This document shows positions 37,913-51,005 of a stretch of DNA of 64,000 nucleotides, piece by piece (position 1 is the stretch's first letter; the number at the start of each line of letters is the position of its first letter). Under the pieces are notes generated by a model. That model had not been told where the DNA came from, did not search any database, and was given only the letters and a program-made list of their open reading frames with translations. A program made the position numbers and the translations under genes. The stretch spans positions 3,162,001-3,226,000 of the forward strand of contig OX597819.1 of the NCBI GenBank assembly GCA_951406725.2, written 5' to 3'. Origin of the DNA: Octopus vulgaris (lineage: Eukaryota).

Positions 37913-39055
37913 AAAAAACTCATGATTGAAGCATGCAAAATATCTATTGCCAGGGGTCATATATCCGGGAAAGATGCACACTCTAAAATATAGAGCAGTA
38001 AGGTATTTACAAGCAGTTAAATATATGTCTTGTCCGACTCTAAAGGCAGAGGGCATATAACCCCTCTTCAAAAAAGGAGGCAGAAATCCGTTACAAGTCA
38101 GTTAATTTGCAAACAAAAAATAACACCATTTGAGGTTCAGCCAAGATGAGTTATCTTTCTTAGACCAGTCAGTTGGCAAATCTTATGGGTTTAAGGAGCA
38201 AACAGGGAATCTCTGCTCTTAGGATCTAGCCAGCCTGTGAGGACTTTTCCAGCTCTAATTGACGAATGGGGAATCTCGTGCTTGCAGCAGGTAACATTTG
38301 AAATGGGATCAGGGACCATAGATCTCACGTCTAGAATTTTTGAGTCTCTGTTATGCAAAACTTGCATCATCCACTTCCATTTACGTAGGACCCCAGCTGT
38401 TCTATGATCCTCCATTTTGTATGGTGTTCCTTCATCATTAAGGGGCCATTTATGCAAAGTATTTACCCTATATCATTAAATTAACAGGCTATTTCATACT
38501 TTTCACCAAAAAACTATCTTCATCTAATTGAATATCAAAATCAGTTCAACCCAGGAAAGTATGAAATAAATGAAAAGAGTACCCCTTAGAAAAAAACCTA
38601 AAATAGGACCATAGATAAACACTACAAAGAAATATCAGAATCCAACATAAAAATGATAAAACATATAAACAGCCACACCCACAAATATCTAGTTCTCAAT
38701 CAATCAATCAATCAGATAACCTTAAAAATATAACCAACTAAGGAATAATTTTGACAAAAGATTTACTGATTTAGTAAGAATGAATTGCACAGCTGTTTAA
38801 TGCAGGTGGATTTATTGAACTATTGACTGTGTGTATTCATTGTAGTACAATGAACAAGGACACTGAAACTGGGTGTCAGAAAAATGTGTCTAAGTTTAGT
38901 CATTGCTCATGGAAAAGTAGAAATATGGTAAGTTAAGATGAAACATGCCAGAGAGTATAAAACAGAGACATTGCAGTTCATATTGGACACAAATACATCT
39001 AACTTAATTCTGATGAAAAAATTTGCATCTCAGTTTTGTATGTATGTGTGTATGT

Positions 39056-39433
39056 CTTTTACTTGTTTCAGTCATTTGACTGTAGCCATGCTGGAGCACC
39101 GCCTTTAGTCGAGCAAATCGACCCCGGGACTTATTCTTTGGAAGCCTAGTACTTATTCTATCGGTCTCTTTTGCCGAACTGCTAAGTTACAGGGACGTAA
39201 ACACACCAGCATCGGTTGTCAAGTGATGTTGGGGGGACAAACACAGACACACAAACATACACACACACATACATATATACGATGGGCTTCTTTCAGTTTC
39301 CGTCAACCAAATTCACTCACAAGGCCTGAGGCTATAGTAGAAGACACTTGCCCAAGGTGCCACGCAGTGGGACTGAATCCAAAACCATGTGGTTGGTAAG
39401 CAAGCTACTTACCACACAGCCACTCCTACGCCT
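39056..39433 (-). mobile_element. SINE family A
   Basis: Full-length reverse-complement match. Confidence 0.9.
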
Positions 39434-40081
39434 ATGAATGTATGTGTGTGTGTATGTGTGTGTGTGTGTATGCATGCATCTAATCAAAATCTGAAATATT
39501 CAATCAATTTCTGGAATAACAGGTGAGAAATTGTACCTAAAGGAATGACATTAATGGAACATAATATACCGTTTCCTAAATTAGTATAATTAGCACACAG
39601 GTTTTAATAGAATGTAATCAGTACAGACAATTCAGCATCTAAAGAAGTTAAGAATCAATTTAAACAAATAAAATTGTAGTAGGATCTATTTCTGTATAGG
39701 CTTGCTCTTTCTGAGATAGATTTTTGGATTTTGAAATGAGCAGAATCGGTTTCTTTTGATAATCTGATGATCATTGATGATCTGTTTTCCAACAATTTAA
39801 AGGAATTCTTTTGAACATAAAATCTTGTTATGAAATTGTCTTCATTTTGACTCTGATGTAAGTTTTATATGTAGGGTTATTATCGATCTGGACTTTAGTC
39901 CTATAAAGAACTCCATTCAGCAGACAAGGGCCTTTGAAATTATACTTAGGGACATAATTGCATTCATTAGGTTTATCAAACTGAAATTATTACTCCTACC
40001 ATGAATTGATTGAATTTGATATTTTACATAAACTTATGTATGCGTGTGTGTGTGTATATATGTACACATACACACACACAC

Positions 40082-40134
<53 letters not shown>

Positions 40135-40805
40135 TATACATACATATATATACATTCATCATCATCAACATTGCTTAATGTCCACTGTTCCATACTCATG
40201 TGGGTCAGATGGAATTACTTGATGTGGATGTTTTACAGCTGGATACCCTTCCTGTTGCCAACACTCACAAGTTTCAAAGTAAAATAATTAGAAGACTGGA
40301 ACTGAAGGACACTACTTGCAAGACGGTAACACTTGGTTACAATTATAACAATGTCAAGGCAAGGAGAGAGTAATACACACAAATATGCACACACACATAT
40401 ATATATATATGTATGTATACACACGCACACACATATGTATACACACACACACATGTATGTATGTATGTATGGTGTGCTTCTTTCCTTTTCCATCAAACAA
40501 ATTCCTTCACAAAGATTTGGTTGAGCTGGGATTATAGTAGAAAACATTTGCTCCTCGGGGTCCCATGTAGGTCTGAACCCCAAAACCTGGTTGAGAAGCA
40601 AACTTTGTGCCAGATAGCTACACCTGCATATACACACACATATAAACATCTTCAATGGACTTATGGTAATGTAGGCACTATGATATCCAGTAACCTCTTC
40701 TATACTTGATAAACCTTATATGTTCAAATATCTTTTATGTATATAAATATATGATATATTTATATGCATGTATTATATATGTATATACATAATATTTACA
40801 CATAT

Positions 40806-41070
40806 GGGTGCAGGTGTGGCTGTGTAGTAAGAAGTTTGCTTCTCAACTATATAGTTCCAGGTTCAATCTCATTGCATGGCACCATGGGCAAGTCTTGAGA
40901 GTGGATTTGTCAGATGGAAACTAAAAGCAGCCAGCCCAACATATATGTGTGTGTGTGTCCTTGTGTTTGCATTCCCCCCGCCAACCACAACAACCACCAC
41001 TTGAGAACAGGTGTCTGTTTCTGTACATCCCTGTAACTTAGAGGTTTGGCAAAAAACACTGATAGAAAGT
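40806..41070 (+). mobile_element. SINE family A (diverged, partial)
   Basis: GGTGCAGGTGTGGCTGTGTAGTAAG...GGTTCAATCTC head plus partial body. Confidence 0.7.
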
Positions 41071-41464
41071 TGTTTTTTTTTTTATTAATGATTGGCAGAA
41101 GTTAGTGTGACTCAAGGGAGGAGAGTTTTATCCATTTGCACTTATCAACACATAAAATTTTTGGCTCTCAATTCATTCTGTAACTTCTGCCATGTTAATT
41201 AATATGAAAGAAGTATTTACTCATGTTTTGTATTTGATTTACCTGTTTACATCACCAAAAATCTATATAATATATATATACATATGTTAAAACACATATA
41301 TAAATGATAATAAATAGTAAGGGTGGCTTGTTAACAATTTTTCAACCGAAAGGCAAACATATATATGTCACTAAAGTGACTGAGGGTGCAATTCAGCACC
41401 AGTATTGCTAGAAATAAGAGTCAAAACAAATAGCCACAAAATCCTCACAGAAGCAGTGACAAGT

Positions 41465-42400
41465 GACTGAAACATTTGGCAATATACCATGCGTGAGAAG
41501 ACCTGTCAAGTCAAGTGAGGCCATGGTCGTAGCTTATACCAGTGTCTCATAACTGGCCCCCATGCCAGTAGCATGTAAAAAGCACCACTACACTCTTTGA
41601 GTGGTTGGTGTTATGAAGGGTATCCAGCTGTAGAAACTGTGCCAAATCAGACTGGAACCTAGTACAGCTCTCCAGCTTACCAGTTTTCAGTCAAAGAGTT
41701 CAACACATGCCAGCATGGGAAATGGAAGTATGATGATGATGATATATATATACATACACACACACAAATATATATACTGTAACCATTGGCACATTGGTTC
41801 AATTCCTAGACCAGGCTGCATGTTGTAATCATTTGGGCATGTCATGAGGCACCTGTACAGTCAATGTTGGTCTGATGGAGGGAATGGGCTCATGAACAGC
41901 ACATACATTTGATCACTATAAACAAATCATTTGTGCTGGTGGCTCAGCAAATACTGAACATTCCTACATCATCTTTGATGGGAGATTCCATTTTATATAT
42001 ATATATCATCATCATCATCGTTTAACGTCCGCTTTCCATGCTAGCATGAGTTGGACGATTTGGCAGAGGGCTGGCGAACCAGATGGCTGCACCAGGCTCC
42101 AATCTTGATCTGGCAGAGTTTCTACAGCTGGATGCCCTTCCTAACACCAACAACTTCGAGAGTGTACCGGGTGCTTTTACATGCCACCGGCACGGGGGCC
42201 AGTCAGGCGGTACTGGCAACGACCTCGCTCGAATCTTTTTACACATGCCACTGGCACAGGTGCCAGTAAGGTGATGCTGGTAACGATCACGCCTGAATGG
42301 TGCCTTTCACTTGCCACCGGCATGGAAACCATTTAGCCAATCTGGCAACAATCAAGCTCGGATGGTGCTCTTAGCACCCTACTAGCACAGGACTCAACTG
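41465..42400. mobile_element. Two RTE 3'-tail copies in inverted orientation (41465-41743 plus; 42006-42400 minus)
   Basis: Both carry GAAGGG[C/T]ATCCAGCTGTAGAAAC and (GAT)n/(CAT)n tails. Confidence 0.8.
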
Positions 42401-43272
42401 CCAATATATATATATATTGGTTCTGATAATTATTAACTTCCTTAAACTCTGCACTAACTTCCTCCTTTTTCGGGTACTCATCACTTCCTGCTCTTTCTAT
42501 AATTTCTCCCATTCTACTCCTACTGTTGCATTAATTTGTTCTATTCTGGTGCCTCACCAGTGCATTGTTATTTTAACATAAGTGCAGGTGTAACTGTGGG
42601 GTAAGAAACATGCTTCTCAATCAAAAGGTTTTGAGTTCAGTCCAAGTGTACAGGCAAGAGTCTTCTATAGTCCTAGGCTGATCAAAGCTTTGTGAGTGGA
42701 TCTGGTAGATGGAAACCAAGAGAAGCCTGCTGCATGTGTGTGTGTTTGTACCAATAAATGCATGTAGAATTAACATCCAAAGTAATTCTTCATATATGAC
42801 AAGTAACTCCAAATACCAATTAGAAGAATGTCAAGGAATTTGGATTATAAGACAGCAAGAATAAGAATGGAGAATATCACATCTTTAACACCATACATTG
42901 CCAATGATTGTTTTTACTGTATCAGCATATTTAGATAAATAAAAAGGTATAAAATATCAGTCAAATGAATATATCCAAAAATATATGTAAACACAATGTT
43001 ATCAAGGCAATTCAAAGTGGGTTAAATTCAAAGAGACCTAAGAAAATATCTCTAATAGGTGAATACATACAAAAAGAACATTAAGAACAAATATAATGTT
43101 CTAAGAAAAGCGAGTTTAATATTCAACTTTCGATAATGTTAGTAAAGAACAAAAAAATAAAAAATAAACAGAAATTCTGCAATCCAAAAATTAGTACAGT
43201 AACAAAAACCTATATCACCACAATTTCCTATCTATTAAATATACTACAAAATTTTTTAGAAAAAATAGCATA

Positions 43273-43421
43273 GGCACAGGAGTGGCTGTGTGGTAAGTAG
43301 CTTGTTTACCAACCACATGGTTCCGGGATCAGTCTTCCGGTAAGTGTCTTCTATTATAGCCTCGGGCCGACCAAAACCTTGTAAGTGGATTTGGTAGACG
43401 GAAACTGAAAGAAGCCTGTCG

Positions 43422-43486
<65 letters not shown>

Positions 43487-43681
43487 ATGTTTGTGTGTCT
43501 GTGTGTGTTCCCCTAGCATTGCTTGACAACCGATGCTGGTGTGTTTACGTCCCCGTCACTTAGCGGTTCGGCAAAAGAGACCGATAAAATAAGTACTGGG
43601 CTTACAAAGAATAAGTCCCAGGGTCGATTTTCTCGACTAAAAGCGGTGCTCCAGCATGGCCACAGTCAAATGAGTAAAGAG
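43273..43681 (+). mobile_element. SINE family A
   Basis: Matches the consensus, with a small deletion after the B box. Confidence 0.88.
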
Positions 43682-43779
43682 TATACTGTATTACAGGAAA
43701 AATAATGTGTTATTTAGTATTGAAATACTTAAATGTACTATGTAAATCACACACACACACACGAATTATAAGAGGAATT

Positions 43780-44250
43780 AGATGCAGTGTGCAAGAGAGA
43801 AGACTGCACTGATTTGGTTATGTGATGCAGATGGCTGCTGACAGCTCAATAATGGAGTGTTGATCTCTCAAAGTAGATGGAAGATGTGGAAGAGGGAAAA
43901 CCAGGAAGACATGGGATGAAGAACTGAAGAATGACCTTTCAAATGAGATGACAAAGGACTTAGACACCTGACACCTCCACAGCAGAAATGTCAAGCCCCA
44001 CCCCTGGTGAAGAGGGTTGGCCTGCAAGAGTCGTGAGCCAGTGCCATGTAGAACCACTCTTGCAGTGCTACATTAAAAGCACCCAGCACAAACTGTGAAG
44101 AGGTTGGCATTAGGAAGGGCATCCAGCAGCAGAAACCATGCCAAATCAAACTAGAATCTGGTGCAGCTCACCAGTTTGCTGACTCTGGTCAAACCATCCA
44201 AATGATACCAATGTTGGAAAATAGATATTAAATGATGATTATGATGGTGA
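43780..44250 (+). mobile_element. RTE-LINE 3' fragment
   Basis: Encodes VQERRLH*FGYV...GRGKTRKTWDE, followed by the shared tail. Confidence 0.75.
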
Positions 44251-44395
44251 TATATAAGTGAAAAAGTTCCTGAATCTAAGGAGACCACAAAAAAAAAAAT
44301 CAAATTGGAGGACACCCACCCCAAGTTCTTTTACATAATTAACTGATCGTCCAGTATTCTCTTTTACCCAAAGCCAGAAACTTCTCAGTATCCCA

Positions 44396-44430
<35 letters not shown>

Positions 44431-44490
44431 ATTATATTGTCATATATACATATATAGTTATGCAATATATATACTTATATATATGTGTGT

Positions 44491-44528
<38 letters not shown>

Positions 44529-44534
44529 ATAGGT

Positions 44535-44765
44535 ATATATACTTACACCAAAAATTATTTACATCAAAAAGGTGCTTTTTTCTATGAAAATCCCTATTTT
44601 TTACGATTTTTTGACTGCTGTGTCGCCACTTTTCGGTGTATTTCAACCAGAAAAATGTTCACTTGAAGAGAATAACAAGCTACATAATGCAAAAATTTTT
44701 ACTTTTCAAAAATTCCAATTCCAGCGGGTCGAAACAAACCCGAGCAACGCTGGGCGATACTGCTA

Positions 44766-44766
<1 letters not shown>
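44535..44766 (+). mobile_element. Helitron-like 3' terminal fragment
   Basis: GC-rich hairpin CCCGAGCAACGCTGGG (44739-44754) lies 8 nt before CTAG|T (44763-44767), the canonical Helitron 3' end architecture. CpG-rich relative to its flanks. Confidence 0.65.
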
Positions 44767-44809
<43 letters not shown>

Positions 44810-45019
44810 TAGCAGTAAGTGGAAAAGTAAAAAGAAAAGAAAATGCACTTGGATAAAAAAAATTAAAGGCTTTTTTAAGAAAAGCTTTCTCAAAAAAGCG
44901 TTTTTTTTTTTTCTAATGTGTATTTTCTTTGTTTTCTTTTTACTTTTCCTCTATTTATACCACATATATTTTTTCCTTTGAAACCTATTTCCATTATATA
45001 AATACATATATATATAATA

Positions 45020-45058
<39 letters not shown>

Positions 45059-45319
45059 CAAAGTGAAGTTGTAAGGTACCGCATGAGTGGAAATATATAT
45101 GAAAGAAGGTTTGAAAATGCAATTTTAAAGTGTGTGTGTGTGTATATGCGTTTGTTCACATGTGGGTATGTGTTGGTCTGTAAGAAAACCACACACACAC
45201 TAAAAAAAAAAAAACACACACACATATACTCACAATACAATCCCAACAACCACAACAAACACTCACGAACACATACACACAAGCATGCACACACACACCT
45301 CCCCGACAAATACAAGACA

Positions 45320-46175
45320 CTGCAGTCCCTCTTTCAGAGCTTCCTTGCAACTTCCAAGAAGATTGAAGGAGGGTAAAATATGTCCTATTCATCAAAGAGG
45401 TAGCAGAGAGGAGGCCAAGAAACTACAGACCTATCTCTCTGACATTGCACATCAGCAAGGTCATGGAACGAATAGTCAGAAGAAAACTAAACACCTTCCT
45501 TGAAGAAAATGACTTGCTGTCTGACACCCAACATGGTTTCCGACCAGGAAGGAGCTGCTTGACTCAGCTCTTAAAAAACTTTGACAGGGTGCTGAAACAG
45601 CTGCTCAACCGCTCAATTGTGGAAGTGATATATCTCAACTTTACAGGCGGGCTGAAAAGAATAGCATGCAGTTTAACACTACAAAGTTTCAAGCCTTGTG
45701 CTATCAGCATGCAAAACGAAATGCAATACTCATTAAATACACTGGACCAGGAGGGATTGCAATCCCAGAGGCACAGTCAGTACGAGACCTGGGCATTTAC
45801 ATGAGTAATGATGCATCCTTCCATGTGCATGTTGCTAAATTGGCAATGAAATGCAGGTGGCTCACCAGATGGATTCCTAGAACTTTTAGAACAAGAGACC
45901 AGGAAACTATGATGGTCCTCTGGAGGACACTTGTCCTAAGCCACTTTGACTATTGCTCTCAGCTATGGTCACCATCCAGTGTCAAATTAATCTCAGAACT
46001 TGAAGCAATCCAACGAAGCTGCACGAAAAAGATAGCCTCTGTGCAGCATTTAAGCTACTGGAAAAGACTCAAGAGATTAAGACTATTCCTTAGAGTGTAG
46101 GCGAGAAAGATATGCCATATAATACATCTAGAAGATCCTGGAAGGACTTGTCCCAAACTTTGGCATCATAGAAGG
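45320..46175 (+). mobile_element. CR1-like LINE RT fragment with an internal deletion
   Basis: NYRPISLT, TQHGFRPGRSCLTQL and VIYLNF, then a jump to MQFNTTKF, VRDLGI, DYCSQLWSP and LEAIQR. The YADD core is missing. Confidence 0.88.
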
Positions 46176-46179
46176 CAGC

Positions 46180-47212
46180 TAGGAATTCCTGCAAGACAGC
46201 TTGCTGAGTGCCACAGACCAAATCTGTGGCTGGTGCAAAGTCCCTTCTAGACCTAAGGTAACATGGTGGTGGAACAATACTGTAGATAGGGCTATTAGAG
46301 CAAAGAAACAGGCTTGGAAGAGTAGGGGTAGCAGGAGAATGTATTAGATAGCCAAAAGGGAAGCTAGGAGACAGGTATATATAGCGAAGGGAGTAGCAGA
46401 AAAGAAGTCTGCCAATGTTCAACGACATGAGGACCAAAGTACTGAAGTATTTTGGATTGCAAGACTGTGTCAGAAAAAAAACCATGATGTCAGAGGAGAG
46501 AAATGTGTCCACTTGGATGATGGTGCCCTTGCGTTTAATGATTCTGCAAAAAGAGAGGCTTGGAGATGCCATTATGAAAGAATGCTGAAGGTGGAGAATA
46601 AATGGGAGGAGGAGAGTCTGCCAAAGGTTGATCTGGCTGAGAGACCAGCTACCCGAATTGACAGTACCCTGGTAGATAATATTAAGGATATGAAGACAGG
46701 AAAAGCACCAGGCCCATCAGGAATCCTACTGAAATGCTTAAAATATCGAGTGGTGTGGGTTATGGTCTTGTTATCCGTATCATAAATCAGGTGGTTCATG
46801 AAGCAGTCATACCCAATAACTAGTGTAGCAGCACCATAGTCAACTGCTACAAGGGTAAAGGTGATACTTTAGATGGAAATAACTACAGGGGTATCAAATT
46901 ATTGGATCAGGTGATGAAAGTTACAGAGAAGGTTATAGCCCAACTAATTAGGGACAGAGTTAACCAAGATGAGATGCAGTTTGGTTTTGTACTAAGCAAA
47001 AGCACCACTGATGCTATATTTCTGGTAAGGGATCTGCAGGAGAAATACCTAGCCAAAGATAAACCTCTGTGCTTGGCTTTTGTTGACTTGGAGAAAGCTT
47101 TTGACAGGGTCCCCTGATCGCTTAACTGGTGGTCAATGCAGAAACTGGAGATAGATGAGTGATTGGTAAAAACTGTACTAGTCCTATACCGGGATGCTGT
47201 TAGTAAGGTGTG
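46180..47212 (+). mobile_element. RTE-LINE internal fragment
   Basis: MKTGKAPGPSGI, NYRGIKLLDQVMKV, DEMQFGFV..KSTTDAIF and AFVDLEKAFDRVP. Confidence 0.88.
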
Positions 47213-47239
47213 TTTATATACATATATATATCATAGATG

Positions 47240-48150
47240 GTCAAGGACCCTGATGATATACAAGCACTGCAAACAAACTGAATACAATATACTGATGAAA
47301 ATAGCATGCAGTTCAATGCTGTGAAGTTTCAAGTTCTCCAATACCAGCCCACAGACAGACTACAATTGGAATACACAAGCCCAAGAGGTAGTGCAATCCC
47401 AGAGTTAGAGTCGGTGTGTGACCTGGGAGTCCACATGAGTAATGATATAATATTTCATATGTGTATTACTAAGATGGCAACACTGTACAAGTGAGCAGTT
47501 AGGTAGATTCCAAGATCATTTCAGGACCAGGAAAAAGGATACCATGCAACTCCTATGGAGAACTTTTGTTCTCAGTCATCTGGATTACTGCTTCCAACTG
47601 CGGTCATGCATAGCATCAAACTGGTGGTGAAACTTGAGGTAATCTAATGCCACTACACAAAGAAAATTGACTCAGTAAAACAGATGAGCTACTGGGAGAA
47701 GCTAAAGGAACTGAAGCTCTACTCACTAGAGAGGTGTAAAAGATATGTAGTGATATACATATGGGAAAACCCTGAAAACTAGTTCCCAACTTCAGGATTA
47801 AAAGCTATACCAACCAACGAACTAGATATAGTACCAAAAATCCCACCTCCTCCATCTCAAATAAAGAGCTAGTACTGTAATAGTTTAGGTTTCAAGGATC
47901 CACAACTGTTCAATATTCTGCCAAATAACTTCAGAGATTTGTGAAGTGTAGATGTGAAGGTCTTCAAAGAATATCTGGACAAATTTTTATCTGACATACC
48001 AGATGAACCTACATCATGGCAGGAGGCACAAAGAAGAGCAGCCCCGTCCAACTTGTTACTTCACCAGAAACAGTAGAGAAAAGAGACCCAAAGACACTAA
48101 AAAGTAGTGTTCAGCATTACTTCAGCTTCTGGCTGAAACCATTAAAAGAT
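47240..48150 (+). mobile_element. Second, more decayed CR1-like LINE 3' fragment
   Basis: MQFNAVKFQVL...DLGVHMSND is collinear with 45666-46100 and continues to the ORF end (GFKDPQLFNILP, LDKFLSDIPDEP). Confidence 0.8.
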
Positions 48151-48339
48151 ATATTATATATTGGACCACCGGAAGAAATGTATTGAAAATCAAAGAGACT
48201 ATGTCTAAAAATGATATAACAGTTCAGTCTCTGCTTTTGCTTTTACAGAAACAAGAGTGTGTATAACTTTTTACTTACCCTCGTGTGTGTGTGTGTGTGT
48301 GTGTGTGCATGCACACACACACACACATATATAGAGTGA

Positions 48340-48770
48340 ATATGGCCCAAGATGTGGGTGTTGAAATCTCAAGGAGAATAAGGGCAGGATAAAAGGCATT
48401 TACCTTGATAAAAGATGTTCTCAAAGCAAAGCTGGTGAAGATCCTAAGGGCCAGTCTCTTCAACGGTATTGTTCTACCTGCACTATTATAAACAAGTGAA
48501 ATGTGGATTACTATGAAGAAGGAAGAACATCCATTAGCGACAATGCAAAGAGCCATGGAAAGAACATCATTGTGAGAGCAGATCTGAAATGGAGCGAAAT
48601 CTATGATGTGACTGCAGAATAGCAGACATGCTGCAAGGTTTGCAGACAAGAGGTGAAAGAGGGCAGTTGGTGAGTGGTATCCAAGGGATTGAAAAGGTCA
48701 CTGAGAAGGCCACCATGGGAATGGGAAGGCAATTTAGTTGAACAATTTGGGCCAACATGGAAAGAAGTGT
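48340..48770 (+). mobile_element. Decayed RTE-1-like LINE fragment of a different family
   Basis: Plus frame reads EISRRIRAG*KAF...LFNGIVLPALL*TSEMW...MQRAMER. Confidence 0.65.
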
Positions 48771-49229
48771 GCAATCAAAAATGAATTGGAAGTGCATTGT
48801 GATCAGTGATATACAACAACATCAGATAGCCTGGTTGATCCAGGTGGTATTTATGTGTGTGGGACAGATTAAGCATAGTTGTGAGGCCAAGAAGTTTGCT
48901 GTAAAAATCCAAGTTCAGTCCTTCTGTATGACACCTTAAGTGTGACTGTCTTCTACCAAGGCCTTGTGAGTGGTTGGGGATACGGAAATGGAAAGAAGGC
49001 CCTCGTGTTTGTATACACACTCATACATACATACAGTATATGTATGCATGTTCATATATGTGAACAAAAATGTGCAAAACAAGGTGGAGAAAAGAGCACT
49101 CAAACACCAAATAAACAATAGAATGTAATGCTTTATTGAAGCTGATAAACTTCATAACCTGTTATTCTGAGTTTTAGGCAATTTTTCATTAGACAAAAGT
49201 GGACTTTGGAACACTGTGGTCTATGAATG

Positions 49230-49232
49230 TAT

Positions 49233-49291
<59 letters not shown>

Positions 49292-50130
49292 CACATACAT
49301 ATAAATTTACATACATACAAACATGTACAGACACATACATGTTCATGTGTGTAAATATATATTTGTATATATATGTGTGTGTGCATGTACATATCTGCAT
49401 ACACATATATACATATGTTCCTGTGTATATATACACACACACATAAAACACATACATATATACATAGTTTTACACATATATTTATCTATCAACCTCTGTG
49501 TGTATGTGTGTATATATATATATGCACACACATACACACGTACATGCATTTATACATATATATCCAAACAGTGCTACATACAGATATATGTATACTTATA
49601 AATATTAATATTTGATTTTATGTTCACTTATAATAAAAACAAATTTTACATTCATCTGATGGAGTACTCAATACTTTTGTAAGGAACGAATTTACTGTTC
49701 CTATGCAAGATTACTATTGACAGTGACTTCGAAGTATCGGGAATTTGAGCCATCGTCGGACATCCCGACGATGGCTTAGCTGGCCGATACTTCGAAGTTA
49801 CTGTCAGTAAGATTCTTGTTTAAGAATGATAAATATATTTATAAATATACGTAAATGTATATACAAGTGTACATATATATAAATATGTATGTATGTATGT
49901 ATGTATACTTATATATGTATTTAAATTCACACACATACACGCAGGTACATATAAATATGTATACTTTTGTACGCAGATGTACATACTTTTTATTTACATA
50001 CATACACAAACATGCACTTAACACACACACAAACAAACACACACATACATATATACATTCATATATCCATACACCAACATATATACCCTCACTCTCTCAC
50101 ACGCACCTGTACACGTATGTATGGTTGTGA
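49230..50130. repeat. Compound (CA)n/(TA)n/(TACA)n microsatellite-rich tract
   Basis: Directly visible. Similar tracts occur at 40030-40470 and 44400-45300. Confidence 0.9.
49715..49809. other. 95-nt near-perfect inverted repeat (hairpin)
   Basis: TATTGACAGTGACTTCGAAGTATCGG pairs with CCGATACTTCGAAGTTACTGTCAGTA. Inner TGAGCCATCGTCGG pairs with CCGACGATGGCTTA. Confidence 0.9.
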
Positions 50131-51005
50131 GAGTTTGTTTAAATCTATTCCAAGTTGTCTGTTGTTCAAAAACAGTTAATGCCTTTAGTTGTATTGATCA
50201 TATCGTACCATACAAAACTGTAGTCGGTTACAAAATGAAACCAGCACAATTTTCCCATAAGCAAAGTATATGAAAATAAAATAAAGTAATCTAAGTCTTG
50301 TTGTAGATATTTGAATAGATTAAGGAATGTTCTGGTTTTCTGGAAGAGGAACTAAGCAAAGTGGTAAGACAAACACATGTGTACATAATTTCAATTCTCA
50401 ACATAGCAAAACACTTCAAATGTAATACGTGTTACTAATTAAGCATCTTGGCAATTTTAAAGAAAAATGATAATAACAACTTTATAATTATTATAGCAAC
50501 AACAAAGAAATGCAAGGGATCGGTTTCAGTATTGGACATTTAGGTTTATATCGTTTATAAAGACTGTAATAAAATCCCGTTACGAAATTAACGAAATAAA
50601 CAAAAACAAATTAATGAAACCAACAAAAAAGTAATATTTTGATATTCCTCAATATGGGAATGGTTTTTTTTTTTATACAATTTCTAGTTTTAACCAAATA
50701 ATATTTGTTATAACGTAAAGTATAAAATCAAATCAATATATGATATTTTGTCAATTACAACTTCCTTCACCTTTGACACATCAAATTAAAATCTGGAAGA
50801 TAACACTTTAAGACTAACTTGACAAACAATGGACTTTTGATTCCTTACGATAAACATTTGTTTTCGAAATAATAAGAAAATTCAAATCTCATTCCTGTTG
50901 ATTGTTGATGATGAAACGTCTGTGAATGCCAGAGTTAAAACTAGATTTGCCGTCGATGATAAGAAATCTTCCAGCTTCAATTAACATTCTAATTAACTTG
51001 TAAAC

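Noticed and set aside
39686-39900. Short minus-strand open frame (HQSQNEDNFITRFYVQK...) near an acceptor-like TTCTTTATAG
   Set aside because: The acceptor leads to stops in all frames before this frame opens, and no homology is recognisable.
49189-50179. Many short ORFs rich in Y/I/H/T/C/V (also 39996-40709 and 44458-45395)
   Set aside because: Translations of (TA)n and (CA)n microsatellites.
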